Shown piece after piece: positions 1-11,770 of a DNA stretch of 64,000 bases. Origin of the DNA: Emiliania huxleyi CCMP1516 (taxonomy: Eukaryota); contig NW_005201392.1 of NCBI RefSeq assembly GCF_000372725.1, positions 1,183,184 to 1,247,183 on the forward strand, read 5' to 3'. The notes beneath the pieces were generated by a model. The model ran no database searches. It worked only from the letters and a program-made list of their open reading frames with translations, and was not told the origin of the DNA. A program made the position numbers and the translations under genes. The stretch's first letter is position 1; each line of letters begins with the position of its first letter.

Positions 1-62
1 TCTACAATGCTGTCTTAAGGTCCGACAGGTTCGGCACCGGGCACCGCCTCGGTATACAAAAT

Positions 63-140
63 CACGTTCGGATCGCTCCTCATCGCAAACCCTGTCAGCA
101 GTTCACCTACGGGTATGTTCGTAAGAGCTACATACACTGA
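63..140. repeat. 78-bp dispersed repeat; inverted copy at 27727-27804 and degenerate copy at ~27900-27960
   Basis: cacgttcggatcgctcctcatcgcaaaccctgtcagcag...catacactga is the reverse complement of 27727-27804. Confidence 0.9.
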
Positions 141-292
141 ATGAAAATGCGCCTGCGGGCGGACCCTCACAGATCACAGATCACAGATCACTAACCGCCG
201 AGTTTTTGGCGCGCGTTCGGACGCTGCTCAAGTAGTAGTTGCACTTGTTTGCGTACAGTTGTAATAGATCGCGCCGGTGCTGCTGGCATGCA

Positions 293-3200
293 ATGACGCG
301 GGGGCGTCGTGGCCCGAGCGGCAGTGGCCGCGCAGTGCAGGCCGCCAGCTTTGCCCTGCTACTGTCGGCGGCACCAGCAACGGCGCAGGACCCTTGTGTT
401 GACGCTGTGGTCAACAAGGACCCGCATCTCCACTTTGCGCATGGTGGCACTGCAGACTTTCGGGGGCAAGACGGGCGCTACTACAGCATGTTGTCGGCGC
501 CTGGACTGGCAGTCAATATAAAGACTGAGGACGCCCGCTTCCTGCTTCGCGGCGGCAGGTTGACGGTCGACGGCTCCTTCATCACCGAGGCTCACATGTC
601 GGCGCGCTTAGGTGACGGGGGTAAGAGAGCTGTCGCATCCTTCTGGGCATCCGAGCTGAACGAAGAGAACTGGGGCTGGGGAATAATCAACGGCTCGTGC
701 TTTTTGCGAGCCGACATCCCACGGCCCTTCGTGCTTGGCAAGCATGGGTCGAGGGAGTGCCTAGGGTTCTCGATTGATGTGAGCATGTCGAGCGCCTACT
801 TCAGCCTGCGCAACTGGACGGTGATCGTGCGGGGCAATCATGTCTACGACTGGATTTCTGGCCCAAAGCACCGACTGGACGTAAGCTTCAGCGCGAGAGG
901 CGATGCAGCCGCGCGAGACCTCCCACACGGTCTCATCGGCCAGAGCTTTGCGTCGACGGCTCCGCGCTTTGGCATGGTGGACGAGTACCCTGAGGCAGGG
1001 CACTTTACAACCAGTGCGATGGCGGAAGGCGCGATCGAGGGAGAGGCCATGCAGTACGAGGTCGCCTCGCCGTATGCCACCGACTTTGCCTTCTCGCGCT
1101 TCCTCGCAAGCGAGGAGGCTGCCCTCAGATCGGATCTCCGAGCCATGCTCGATGCATCAACCTCGGAGCGAGTGGCTTCATACACGCCACGGAAGCATGC
1201 TGAGCTGCGACGACTCTCAGAAAGCTATCCTCCCTGCTTGCCCCCGTCGCCATCGCTGCCCCCCCCTCCCTGGGGGTCCCAGGGCATGGATCCCGAGGTG
1301 TTTTGGGATCAACCGGGCATCCCAAATTTGGACAGGTTGGGGGGCCCCCCCCCCCCCCCCCCCGCGCCCCGCATCTTCTGCCGAGATTGAGAGGCACGCT
1401 GTCAGATTGACAGGAGCCGTCACACCCATGCGCGTGCTCTTAGGTGACAACCGCCGACGACGGGACTTGCTGCGCGCAGAGCAACGCCGATGAGAGCATC
1501 TGCGGTTTCGAAGTAAAGGCTGAGCAGTGCCTGCTCTTTTCCGGATCCAGCTGCACCATCACCTACACCGAACGCCGCCGAAGACTTCAACTTGGAGCCT
1601 CCCCCGACATCTTCACGGATCCAGATGCCACGTACCTCAAAGCCCGAACGATAACGTTTGACACCAAACCCCCTCCGTCACCAATTCCCTACCCGCCCAC
1701 CAAGGCGCCAAGCCCGCCGCCCTCGCCGCCGCCGTACCCGCCCACCAAGGCGCCCTCGCCGCCGCCCTCGCCGCCGCCGTACCCGCCCACCAAGGCGCCC
1801 TCGCCGCCGCCCTCGCCGCCGCCCTACCCGCCCACCAAGGCGCCCTCGCCGCCGCCCTCGCCGCCGCCGTACCCGCCTGCCAAGGCGCCCTCGCCGCCGC
1901 CCTACCCGCCGCCCTACCCGCCCACCAAGGCGCCCTCGCCGCCTCCCTCGCCGCCGCCCTACCCGCCCACCAAGGCGCCCTCGCCGCCGCCCTCGCCGCC
2001 GCCCTACCCGCCCACCAAGGCGCCCTCGCCGCCGCCCTCGCCGCCGCCGTACCCGCCCACCAAGGCGCCAAGCCCGCCGCCCTCGCCGCCGCCGTACCCG
2101 CCCACCAAGGCGCCAAGCCCGCCGCCCTCGCCGCCGCCGAACCCGCCCACCAAGGCGCCCTCGCCGCCGTCCTCGCCCACGTCGTACCCGCCGTAGNNNN
2201 NNNNNNNNNNNNNNNNNNNNNNNNNNNNNNNNNNNNNNNNNNNNNNNNNNNNNNNNNNNNNNNNNNNNNNNNNNNNNNNNNNNNNNNNNNNNNNNNCCCC
2301 ACCGCCCTCGCCCGCGCCCACACCGCCATTCCCGCCTGCCAAGGCACCGACCCCTCCGCCCTCGCCGCCGCCCTTCCCGCCTGCAAAAGCGCCGCTCCCG
2401 CCACCCTCGCCACCGCCGTACCCGCCTGCCAACGCACCGATCCCGCCACCCTCGCCACCGCCGTACCCGCCTGCCACGGCACCGACCCCACCCCCCTCGC
2501 CCGCGCCCACACCGCCGTACCCGCCTGCCAAGGCACCGACCCCTCCGCCCTCGCCGCCACCGTACCCGCCTGCAAAAGCGCCGCTCCCGCCACCCTCGCC
2601 ACCGCCGTACCCGCCTGCCAAGGCCCCAACCCCTCCGCCCTCGCCGCCACCCTTCCCGCCTGCAAAAGCGCCGACCCCACCGCCCTCGCCCCCGCCCTAC
2701 CCGCCGACCAAGGCGCCGACTCCACCACCCAAACCGCCGCCAGCCCCGATGCCTCCACCGTACCCGCCAGGCAAGGCCCCAACGCCGCCGCCCTCGCCGC
2801 CGCCGCATCCGCCAGGCCTGGGACCGACGCCACCTCCCCCCTTCGCCATCGAGCCCAATGCCACCGGCACCGCCGGCGCCACCGCCGACGCCACCCTCGC
2901 CACCAGCGCCCCCTGCACCACCCCCGTTCGCCACGTGCGTAAAGACCGTGTCAACGACTGCCTCCGCCATCAACATTCCCTCGGGCCCTGTCGGCACCTG
3001 CTACAGATATCTGCCCGTGGACCATGTGGACATGTCGGCATCAGACCCAGCAAAGGCGCGGGCCGATGGAGGCTGGTACCAGCATTCCTACCATGGCGCG
3101 TACCACCCTCCTGTCGACCGAGGCTTGGGCTACGAGAGGTACTACACAAATAGCCCCTACACGATGACCTATCAGGGAAATGGCTACATCTACATCCAGA

Positions 3201-6142
3201 ACACCCAGAACTGCTGTTACGGTGGGTGTTCGCCGAACTGTTGCTGGCGGAAATGTGGGATTGGCACGATCTACATCGTCTGCGACGACCAAGTGTGCGA
3301 CCCACCGTCGCCACCTCCGACGCCGCCATCGCCGCCTGCACCCCCGGCCTTGCCGCCGGCACCGCCGTCGCCGCCCGCGCCGCCTATGCCTCCACCGCCA
3401 TCGCTGCCGCCGCCGTTGCCATCGCCATCGCCGCCAGCACCACCGGCGCCTCCCGCGCCACCCGCGCCGCCACCGCCGCCGCCCACGCCCGACCCGCCCC
3501 CCGCGCCGCCCCCCGCGCCGCCCTCGCCCCCCGCCCCGCCCTCGCCCCCGCCCGCGCCACCGTCGCCACCCGCGCCGCCCTCGCCACCGCCGTCGCCGCC
3601 GCCATCGCCATCGCTCCCGTCGCCCCCGTCGCCGCCCCCATACACGTGCGAGACCTTCTTCTCGTGCCCGATGATCTACTCGTCCTATTCCAGCTCCGGG
3701 ACGCAGAACGTCGCCGCCGAGTACTCCTTCGACAAGCTGGCGAGCTACAACTACCCGATATCGCCGCCGCCGTCGCCGAGCGCTCCGGCCTCGTTCGAGA
3801 CCTTCTACTCGTGCCCGATCGGCTCCTCGTACAGCAGGTCGCACTTCGAGTTAGCGGCGAGCTACGGCACGAAGAACAGCGACGACTGCTGGTTCGAGCG
3901 CATCCCGTCGGACGGGACGACGAGCAGCGGGCTGGCGATCCGCGCGACGGTGTCGGGCGGGTCGTGCGGCAGCAGCCCGACGACCATCGAGTTCACGGGC
4001 GCCACCGACGCCGCCAAGACCAGCCTGTACAACTACTTTGTGAGCGGGACCCAAGTAAGCTGGCAAACAATCGACTCGACGTTGGTCTCCGGCTCCGTCC
4101 CGAATCTGCCGACCAACTTGTATGCTGGATCAGGCACCAACTACGGCTGGATTTTGGGAAGCTCGTCAACTACAGCGACGGTATTTGCAAGCGGCTACAA
4201 CCTAAACAATGGTTGGGACCGCTGCAACAGCGCGGCGCTGCACGGCTCAAACGAGGAGATTGTCGAGCTGTCCTACATTTCGGTGCCTCCGCCCGCCCCG
4301 CCGAGCTGCTGGTTCTACCGGCTGCCTCAGACCACCGTCGACTACCCCTTCATCCGTGCGACGGTGTCGGGGGGCGTGTGCGGCTCGGAGACAAACACGA
4401 TCGAGTTCCGAGACGCGTCGACCACGTCCACGGCCGTGCGCGACTACTTTGTCGACGGGACGGTGAGCAAAGACGACTGGCACACAATCACGTCGACGGT
4501 AGTCGAGGGCACGGTGACGCGGGTGCCTACCTACATCTACATCGACGCCACTTACGGCTTCATCTTGTCCGCCCACACCAGCAGCCAGGGCTACGGCTAC
4601 GCGGTGGCACGGTCGTACAATAACTGGCAGTACTGCGACGGCGCCGGGAGCTTCACGGGCGAGGAGCGGCTCGAGCTCTGCCTCGTCCCGCCGCCGCCAC
4701 CGGCGCCGCCCCCCTTGCCGCCGCCGCCGCCGCCGCCGCCGCCAATGCCACCCCCCGCGCCACCCTCGCCGCCGGCCCCTCCCGCGCCACCGCCGTCGCC
4801 CCCATCACCGCCCGCGCCCCCGTCGCCGCCGCCGTACCCGCCTGCCAAGGCACCCTTGCCGCCACCCTCGCCACCGCCGTACCCGCCTGCCAAGGCACCG
4901 ATCCCACCGCCCTCGCCCGCGCCCACACCGCCATTCCCGCCTGCCAAGGCACCGACCCCTCCGCCCTCGCCGCCGCCCTTCCCGCCTGCAAAAGCGCCGC
5001 TCCCGCCACCCTCGCCACCGCCGTACCCGCCTGCCAACGCACCAATCCCGCCACCCTCGCCACCGCCCTACCCGCCCACCAAAGCGCCGGTGCCGCCGCC
5101 CATGCCACTGACCTCACCACCCTACCCGCCTGCCAAGGCACCGACCCCGCCTCCCTCGCCGCCGCCCTACCCGCCTGCCAAGGCACCCTCGCCGCCTCCC
5201 TCGCCGCCGCCCTACCCACCCGCCAAGGCGCCCTCGCCGCCGCCCTCGCCACCGCCGTACCCGCCTGCCAAGGCACCGATCCCGCCACCCTCGCCGCCGC
5301 CGTACCCGCCTGCCACGGCACCAACCCCACCGCCCTCGCCCGCGCCCACACCGCCATTCCCGCCTGCCAAGGCACCGACCCCTCCGCCCTCGCCGCCGCC
5401 CTTCCCGCCTGCAAAAGCGCCGCTCCCGCCACCCTCGCCACCGCCGTACCCGCCTGCCAACGCACCGATCCCGCCACCCTCGCCACCGCCGTACCCGCCT
5501 GCCACGGCACCGACCCCACCCCCCTCGCCCGCGCCCACACCGCCGTACCCGCCTGCCAAGGCACCGACCCCTCCGCCCTCGCCGCCACCGTACCCGCCTG
5601 CAAAAGCGCCGCTCCCGCCACCCTCGCCACCGCCGTACCCGCCTGCCAAGGCCCCAACCCCTCCGCCCTCGCCGCCACCCTTCCCGCCTGCAAAAGCGCC
5701 GACCCCACCGCCCTCGCCCCCGCCCTACCCGCCGACCAAGGCGCCGACTCCACCACCCAAACCGCCGCCAGCCCCGATGCCTCCACCGTACCCGCCAGGC
5801 AAGGCCCCAACGCCGCCGCCCTCGCCGCCGCCGCATCCGCCAGGCCTGGGACCGACGCCACCTCCGTCCCCGCCACCGTACCCTCCTGGCCAGGCGCCAA
5901 TCCCGCCTCCCTCTCCGCCGCCGTACCCGCCTGGCAAGAACCCGATGCCTCCACCGTACCCGCCAGGCAAGGCCCCAACGCCACCGCCCTCGCCGCCGCC
6001 GTATCCGCCAGGCCTGGGACCGACGCCACCTCCGTCCCCGCCACCGTACCCTCCTGGCCAGGCGCCAATCCCGCCTCCCTCTCCGCCGCCGTACCCGCCT
6101 GGAAAGGCCCCAACACCACCTCCAAGAGAACCTGCGCCGTAG
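293..6142 (+). CDS. Very large secreted extensin-like (SPPPYPP-rich) glycoprotein with N-terminal DPH/VWD-like domain and Cys-containing globular domains; spliced, interrupted by assembly gap
   Basis: Signal-like FALLLSAAPATAQ, then DPHLHFAHGGTADFRG domain (ORF 239-1390). Exon from ~1444 follows a TAG acceptor. PPSPPPYPP(T/A)KAP repeats occur on both sides of the N gap, globular domains lie at ~2925-3300 and ~3640-4690, and the stop is at 6142. It could be two genes, as there is a TAG just before the gap. Confidence 0.6.
2197..2296. other. Assembly gap (100 N)
   Basis: Run of N in the sequence. Confidence 1.
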
Positions 6143-6210
6143 CTCCGGGACGGGGACCGCCGCCAGAGAGAGTTGTTTTGATTAACTTTCTCGCGGGGCA
6201 ACACATCAGC

Positions 6211-6276
6211 GAGGGAGGGCGAGAGACGATCGAGGGGTCCCGTACCATGCGGAATCGACCCTATCCAGTGCTCAAG
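6211..6276. repeat. Dispersed short repeat (ggggtcccgtaccatgcggaatcgaccctatcc); other copies at 9698-9751 and inverted at 49597-49640
   Basis: Direct sequence identity seen at three loci. Confidence 0.85.
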
Positions 6277-6593
6277 AGGGCGGGGCGGGACGGGGTAGGG
6301 CGGGGCGGGGTGGGGTGGGGCGGGGCGGGCGCCGGAGTGGGAGTCGGATGGCGGTTTCTGTGGCGAGGGCGAGGGCCGGGCCGGATGATCGGCATCGGGC
6401 CGCTGCTGGCAAGAGAGCCCTCTGAGAGCCCTGACCCTGACTGGGAGGATTAAATTCTTTTCTCGGCCTCGTGTTCTGAGAGTGATTGGTAAGCCAAGAA
6501 ATTTCCGGAAAGTGCCCTTCGGCCTCTCCAAAACAAGCACCGCGCTGGCCTCTGCTCTAAAGGTCAACCAGGGTGCAGTGGCCCTCGACAGTG

Positions 6594-8922
6594 ATGGATA
6601 GCAGCCGCGAGTGCACGGTCAGCCAGCAACTTGACGACGAGCAGCGGCCTCTCGCCCTCGCCAGCCTCCCGACCGATGCCCTCGCTCACATTTGCTCCCT
6701 CCTCCCGGCACCCGAGGACCTCTCGTGCGCCGAGCGCACCTCTCTGCACTTTCAAGAGGCCGTCGTGCGGGCGCTGCGTGCGAGGCGGTATGGCTTGCCG
6801 GCTCTCGACACGACTTGCGAGCCGTCGTGGACGCAGGCGGCCCTCTGGGAGGAGAGGCGGGACCGGGTGCCGGCACAGCCGATCGCTGTCGGCTTCTCGC
6901 ACGTCACGTTCGTGGATGACTCGGGACGCCTCCTCTCCTGCGGGACCGAGGACTTCGATGCCGGCGTCGACCGGCCCGGCCTGCTGGGTCACGGCGAAGG
7001 TGTCCGGCGGCTGGCGCAGCCGACTCGCCTGCCCGTCACTGGGCAGCGCGTGCGGTTCCGGTCCGTGTCGTCGGGCGTGGCGCACACGCTCGCAGTGAGC
7101 GAGCGGGGCGATGTCTTCGCATGGGGAGCGCCGGCGCCGGCTCCGCCTCTTTGTTGATTCGTGAGATCAGTCGTCGGTATTAATTCATAGGCATCGGGGC
7201 TCGGGGCCGGCTCGGACTCGGCAAATGAAGACCCTCGCCACGCGCATGTCGAGGACGCGTCCACGACACGTCCACGGCACGTCTCCGTAGGGGAGGAGGA
7301 GGACCGCGCCTCGCCGACCATCGTCGCAGTCGGCTCCGAGAGCCGTGCAGTCGCCGTCTCGGCGGGCGGCGCGCACACAGCCTCGCCGGCGAGGCCCGTT
7401 TGCTTATTTGTTGATCCGCTGCGGAGTTGTGAATAGGCGCACACAGCCTCGCCCTCACGGCGGAGGGGCACGTCTGGAGCTTCGGCGACGGCTCTCTCCC
7501 CTCCAGATGCTCAATAGCTCTCCCCCGCACTACCCACCTCTCCTCTCAACTCTGCTCTTGTGGCAAGCACTCTGGACGGCACGCACACGGCTGCAGTCCA
7601 CTGTATCCGCTGCCGTCCACCGAATCCGCTGCCACGCCCTTGGCTGCCTGTGTCACCACGTGCTACCCACATAGGCGCTCTCGGCCAGCTGGGCCACGGC
7701 GACCTCTCGAGCCAGCTGCGGCCAAAGAGGATCGAGGACCTGCGTTGGTCGCGCGGCAGCGCCCTCTCTGCCTCCACCGCCCCTTTCTTGGTTGCGGGCC
7801 ACAGCGGTGTTGGTAAGCCGAGGCGTAGGCACCGCCATCTCCGCCTGCGTCGTCCACAGCCTCGTCGCAACGTCGGACGGCGCCGCCTACTCCTTCGGGC
7901 ACGGCAACAGCGGCAGGCTCGGCCACGGCGACACCGCGCGGCAGCCGTCGCCAAGACGCATCGGCGGGTTGCGCTCGGAGCACATCTCGGCGCTAATTAA
8001 GGGAGGCCACCGTTTGTCGTTGGAACGACTCACGGCAGGCGTCTGATGCAGGCGGTCGCTGCCGGCGCAAGGCACAGCCTGGCCCTCTCCTCGGGCGGCA
8101 GCGTGTTCAGCTTCGGGTGGGGCGTGTGCGGGCAGCGGGGGCGCGGGCGACAGGGTGGCGTGTTGGTTGGTGGCTCATTAGTGGCAGTGATGAATAGGCA
8201 TCTGGAGCACTGGCGGTGAGGTTCGCGTCTCGTTCGCGAGCGACTCAGCGTGAGTGAGTGAACAACAGGCAGCTCGGCCACGGAGACAAGCGGAGCAGGC
8301 TCGTGCCCGAGAGGATCTGCGGCGCGCTGGCGGCGGTGCGGGCGGTTGCGGTCTCTGCGGGGTGCGAGCACAGCTTGGTGCTGGCGGCGGGCGGGGCCGT
8401 CTACTCGTTTGGCTACGGGAGCCACGGGAGGCTCGGACACGGCGACGAGGAGGCCCGCTGCAACGCCACGCCTGCCCGCCCCCCCTTCCCCGCCCCGCCA
8501 CGGGCACCCCCTCCCTCCGCCACCAGCCCCCCGGAGCACGGCGGAGCGGCAGACTGCACTCGCGGCGAGCTCACTGAGGGCAGCTCACTGAGGGCAGCTC
8601 GCTGGGGGCGAACCAGTGTCGCGGACGCTTTGAGGCTCGCGGCAGAAGGCGCTGTCCCCCCGCCCTGGCGCAGGAGCGACTCGAGCCGCAGCCGATCGCG
8701 AGCTTGGGCGGCGGCCGCACCGTTGGCGCGGGCCAGTATGGCCTCGCCGCCTATTCGGTGGCGTCCACCGCCAGCGGCGACGCCTTTGCCTTCGGATGTG
8801 GCGAGGACGACGCGCTCGGTGTGGGTGCGCGTTCGGAGAACTTGCTGAGGCCGCGGCGGTACCCGCATCTGCGGCTTGCTGGAGAGGGGCGAACGGAGGA
8901 GTCGCCGCGAGAGTGCTGTTGA
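6594..8922 (+). CDS. F-box-like + RCC1-repeat protein (multi-exon)
   Basis: LASLPTDALAHICSLL (F-box-like), then repeated RCC1 units: VSSGVAHTLAVSERGDVFAWG, HSLVATSDGAAYSFGHGNSGRLGHGD, AGCEHSLVLAAGGAVYSFGYGSHGRLGHGD. Confidence 0.85.
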
Positions 8923-9156
8923 CGGGTACACCCAGAGGAAAACTGTCTCATTGTGCGAGGCCGAGGGGGGCGGCTCGGCTCTGATGAGATGCCCCCACCC
9001 CGAAGACGCTTTTTTGAGACACGGGTGTACTCGCCGAGGGCATCGCGCCGAAAACCCCGCGCATTCCGCCCCAGCAGAGGCTGCAGCCGATGCGCAAGCT
9101 ACACCACTGTAAGAATGGTGACTATATAAGCGTGGGTGGGCTTGCTTGCTCCCTCA

Positions 9157-10300
9157 GCGAGCGGGTTCTTTACCAGGTTGCAACACCTGTTCCGCACACT
9201 GCTGTGAACGCTGCTGGTTGCCGCCGGTTGAGCAGCACCCCGTCCCCATCCCAAGCTGCAGAAACGAGCTTTTAGTGCTTATGAGCATAAGCACTGGATT
9301 CTCATGCGCGCGGAGCGCGCCGGTGCTCTACCCGGACGCTGCAGAACACGCGCGGAGCGCGCCGCTGCATGGGTAGGCGCGGAGCGCCGCCACTCGAGAT
9401 TGGGCCTGTGGGTGGGCCGATTGGTTCCAGCGTGTGAGTCAAACTCTTAATAGAAATCGCATCTAGCCCTCCACAACCCTCAAAATTTTCTTCGGGGCGC
9501 GCTCCGCGCGCGGCGCTCCGCGCCTACTCCTTGAGCGTCATAGGCACTGGTTCGCACATGTTCTGCAGCTTGGGTCCCCATCCAGGTTGTTGGTTGCTGC
9601 CCCAGGTCCCGCACTATGTAGGTGCACTGCTTCAGCAGCGTACACCTTGATCCTGTACCGTGTTTGTTATATAAACCCCCCCAATGAACACACCAGTGAG
9701 GGAGGGCGAGACGATCGAGGGGTCCCGTACCATGCGGAATCGACCCTATCCCACCAGTGCAACAGTGCGGGTGGAATGCCCCGTTCTCAGTGCTTGTTCG
9801 GGTACGTGGCTCGCACGTCCCTTCGAGTCGCTGTGTCCCGTCCACGTCGCCCGTCGGTCGGCAAAGCCGACGACCTATGGTGCAATACAGGCCGCTCGTA
9901 GGGGAGGCCGCAAAGATGCGCGAGGCCGGCGTAAATAAGTTGAGCCTCTTGGCGGCCAGCTCGAGCACCTCCCCCTTGGTGTCGGGTCGCGCGACCTTTT
10001 TGCCGACCTCCGAGCCCAGATAGCGCACCGTGATCCTCGTCGGCATCCGCGCGGGGTTGCCCTGCTGCCGGCCCCTGGCGGCCCGCCACGTAGTAGGTGC
10101 GACGTGCCCGCCGAAACATCGGTTCAAAACGACGTCACAGCGCCAATTCGGCCCCCGTCTTCGGCTCGCTCCGCTCGCCGGTGAGTTGGTTGGTTGCTGG
10201 CAGCACCCCAGCACCGGGGGGTCCTGAGAGCTGTTGGTTGCCGCTCGATTCACAGCACAGTGCGGAACAGGTGTTGCAACCTGGTAAAGAACCGGCTCGC
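9157..10300. mobile_element. ~1.1-kb segment bounded by ~52-bp imperfect inverted repeats (non-autonomous DNA-transposon-like)
   Basis: 9157-9208 gcgagcgggttctttaccaggttgcaacacctgttccgcac..gctgtgaa versus its reverse complement at 10249-10300; no clear TSD. Confidence 0.5.
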
Positions 10301-10620
10301 AGCCGGGAGGGAGCAAAAATGCAAGAATTAACGTGTGTGTACAGGCTGTACAGCTGTACGCCCCTAAAGCCGTACAGCGGTCAAACGCCGTCAAAAGCCG
10401 CGCAGCTATCGCCGCTAAGCTAGGGCTGGGTCGAGGACAGACACGTCCCCACCTTTGCAGGATTTTGCAAAAGCGAGGGGGGAGGGCGCATCGCTGCGCG
10501 GAGAGGGCTGGGCACAGGGCACAGGGGATCTCTCTCGCATAGGATATGCACTCGGCGGCACGAGGGCAAGGCTGGGCGTCCTATGTTTGTGCTCCCCCCC
10601 GGACCCCTCGCTCTCGGGCA

Positions 10621-11765
10621 CTAACCATCTGACCACTCATCGACGGGGCTTGGCGAGCGGCCGCGCTGCGGGGTAGGGCTGGTGAGAATGGGCTCTGGCC
10701 ACTCGCCCGTGCGGTTGTAACCCCGCATCTGTCGGACAGAGGCCTCGACCGCCCCTCGCGGCAAGCTCTCGAGCATCTCGAGCAGCTCGCCCGCCGCCAT
10801 CGCCGCCTCGAACTGCTCCCTCATGCCGAGCGCGCCGCATACCCTGCGGACCGCCTCCTGCTGCACCTCGTCCGGCGTATCGGTTTCATAGCCGGACGAG
10901 TCAGCGGAGGCGGCCCGCTTGGCGGGCGGAGAGTCGGGCGACGGCGAGCGCGACTGGCGCGAGGGCCCGCTGCCGCGCGCGGACAGCGCGTTCTTGTCAA
11001 CGAGGCGGGGTCCATCATCGGCACGGCCCCTGGCACCGCGGCCCTTGCCGCGCTGCTGCTGCCCACGCTTCCTGCCCGGGTTAGGGACAGTGAAGGAGCA
11101 GCCGCGCACTCCGCCGCCGCTGGGCGGCGGCGGCACGCGCGCGGCGGCGGCCGGGCCCGCAGGCGCGGCGGGCTGGCCACCCGCGGTGGCACCCTGCGGC
11201 TGCGATGCGGCTGCGGCGGCGTACGTCTTGGGCGCCGGCTCCGCGGCTGGCGGCGCGGCGGCAGGGGCGGGCGGCGCCCGAGGGCTCGCGCTCGCAGGCG
11301 GCTCCGTGGCCTGCGCCTGCCGCTCGTGGCGCACAGCTCGCTCGAGCTGCGAGTGCGGGTGCAGCTGTACGATGACGTCGCCGCTCTGCGTCGCGGTGAA
11401 GGAGCCACCTCGCCAGTGTTGTGCGACGGCGTTCGTAGAATTCTTTTTCTCAAGGACGCTACCCGGTGGCATAAAGTCCCACTCGAAGGTCGTCATCGAT
11501 GGCCTCTTAGACTTACACCACTTATCCCACAGCACATCCGCCGGCGATCCTTCCGCGTCGGCGCAGCAAAGACCTGAACGCTCGGCTGACACTCGACTCT
11601 TGATGCACGCGCACCCGGCGGGTACAAATAGCACCGCGTGCTCTCCGGCTGAGCCGAGAAAGTGGGGCTGGTGTTCCGATTCTCACCCGGCCACACCACC
11701 ACAGGCGACAAGGCGAAGGCTGGTCCGAAAAACCAGTTCGCGCTGCACGAGGTGCCGCGCCGCAT
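10621..11765 (-). mobile_element. Intronless, probably frameshifted ORF resembling a retroelement ORF1/gag-like remnant
   Basis: ORF 10621-11634 with a low-complexity Ala/Pro/Arg/Ser C-terminal half; upstream part in another frame (11493-11765); no recognisable cellular domain. Confidence 0.3.
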
Positions 11766-11770
11766 TGTAC

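Noticed and set aside
1637..6567. Long Arg-rich and Gly-rich ORFs in alternative frames and on the opposite strand
   Set aside because: Shadows of the proline-rich repeat coding sequence; very high GC content suppresses stop codons
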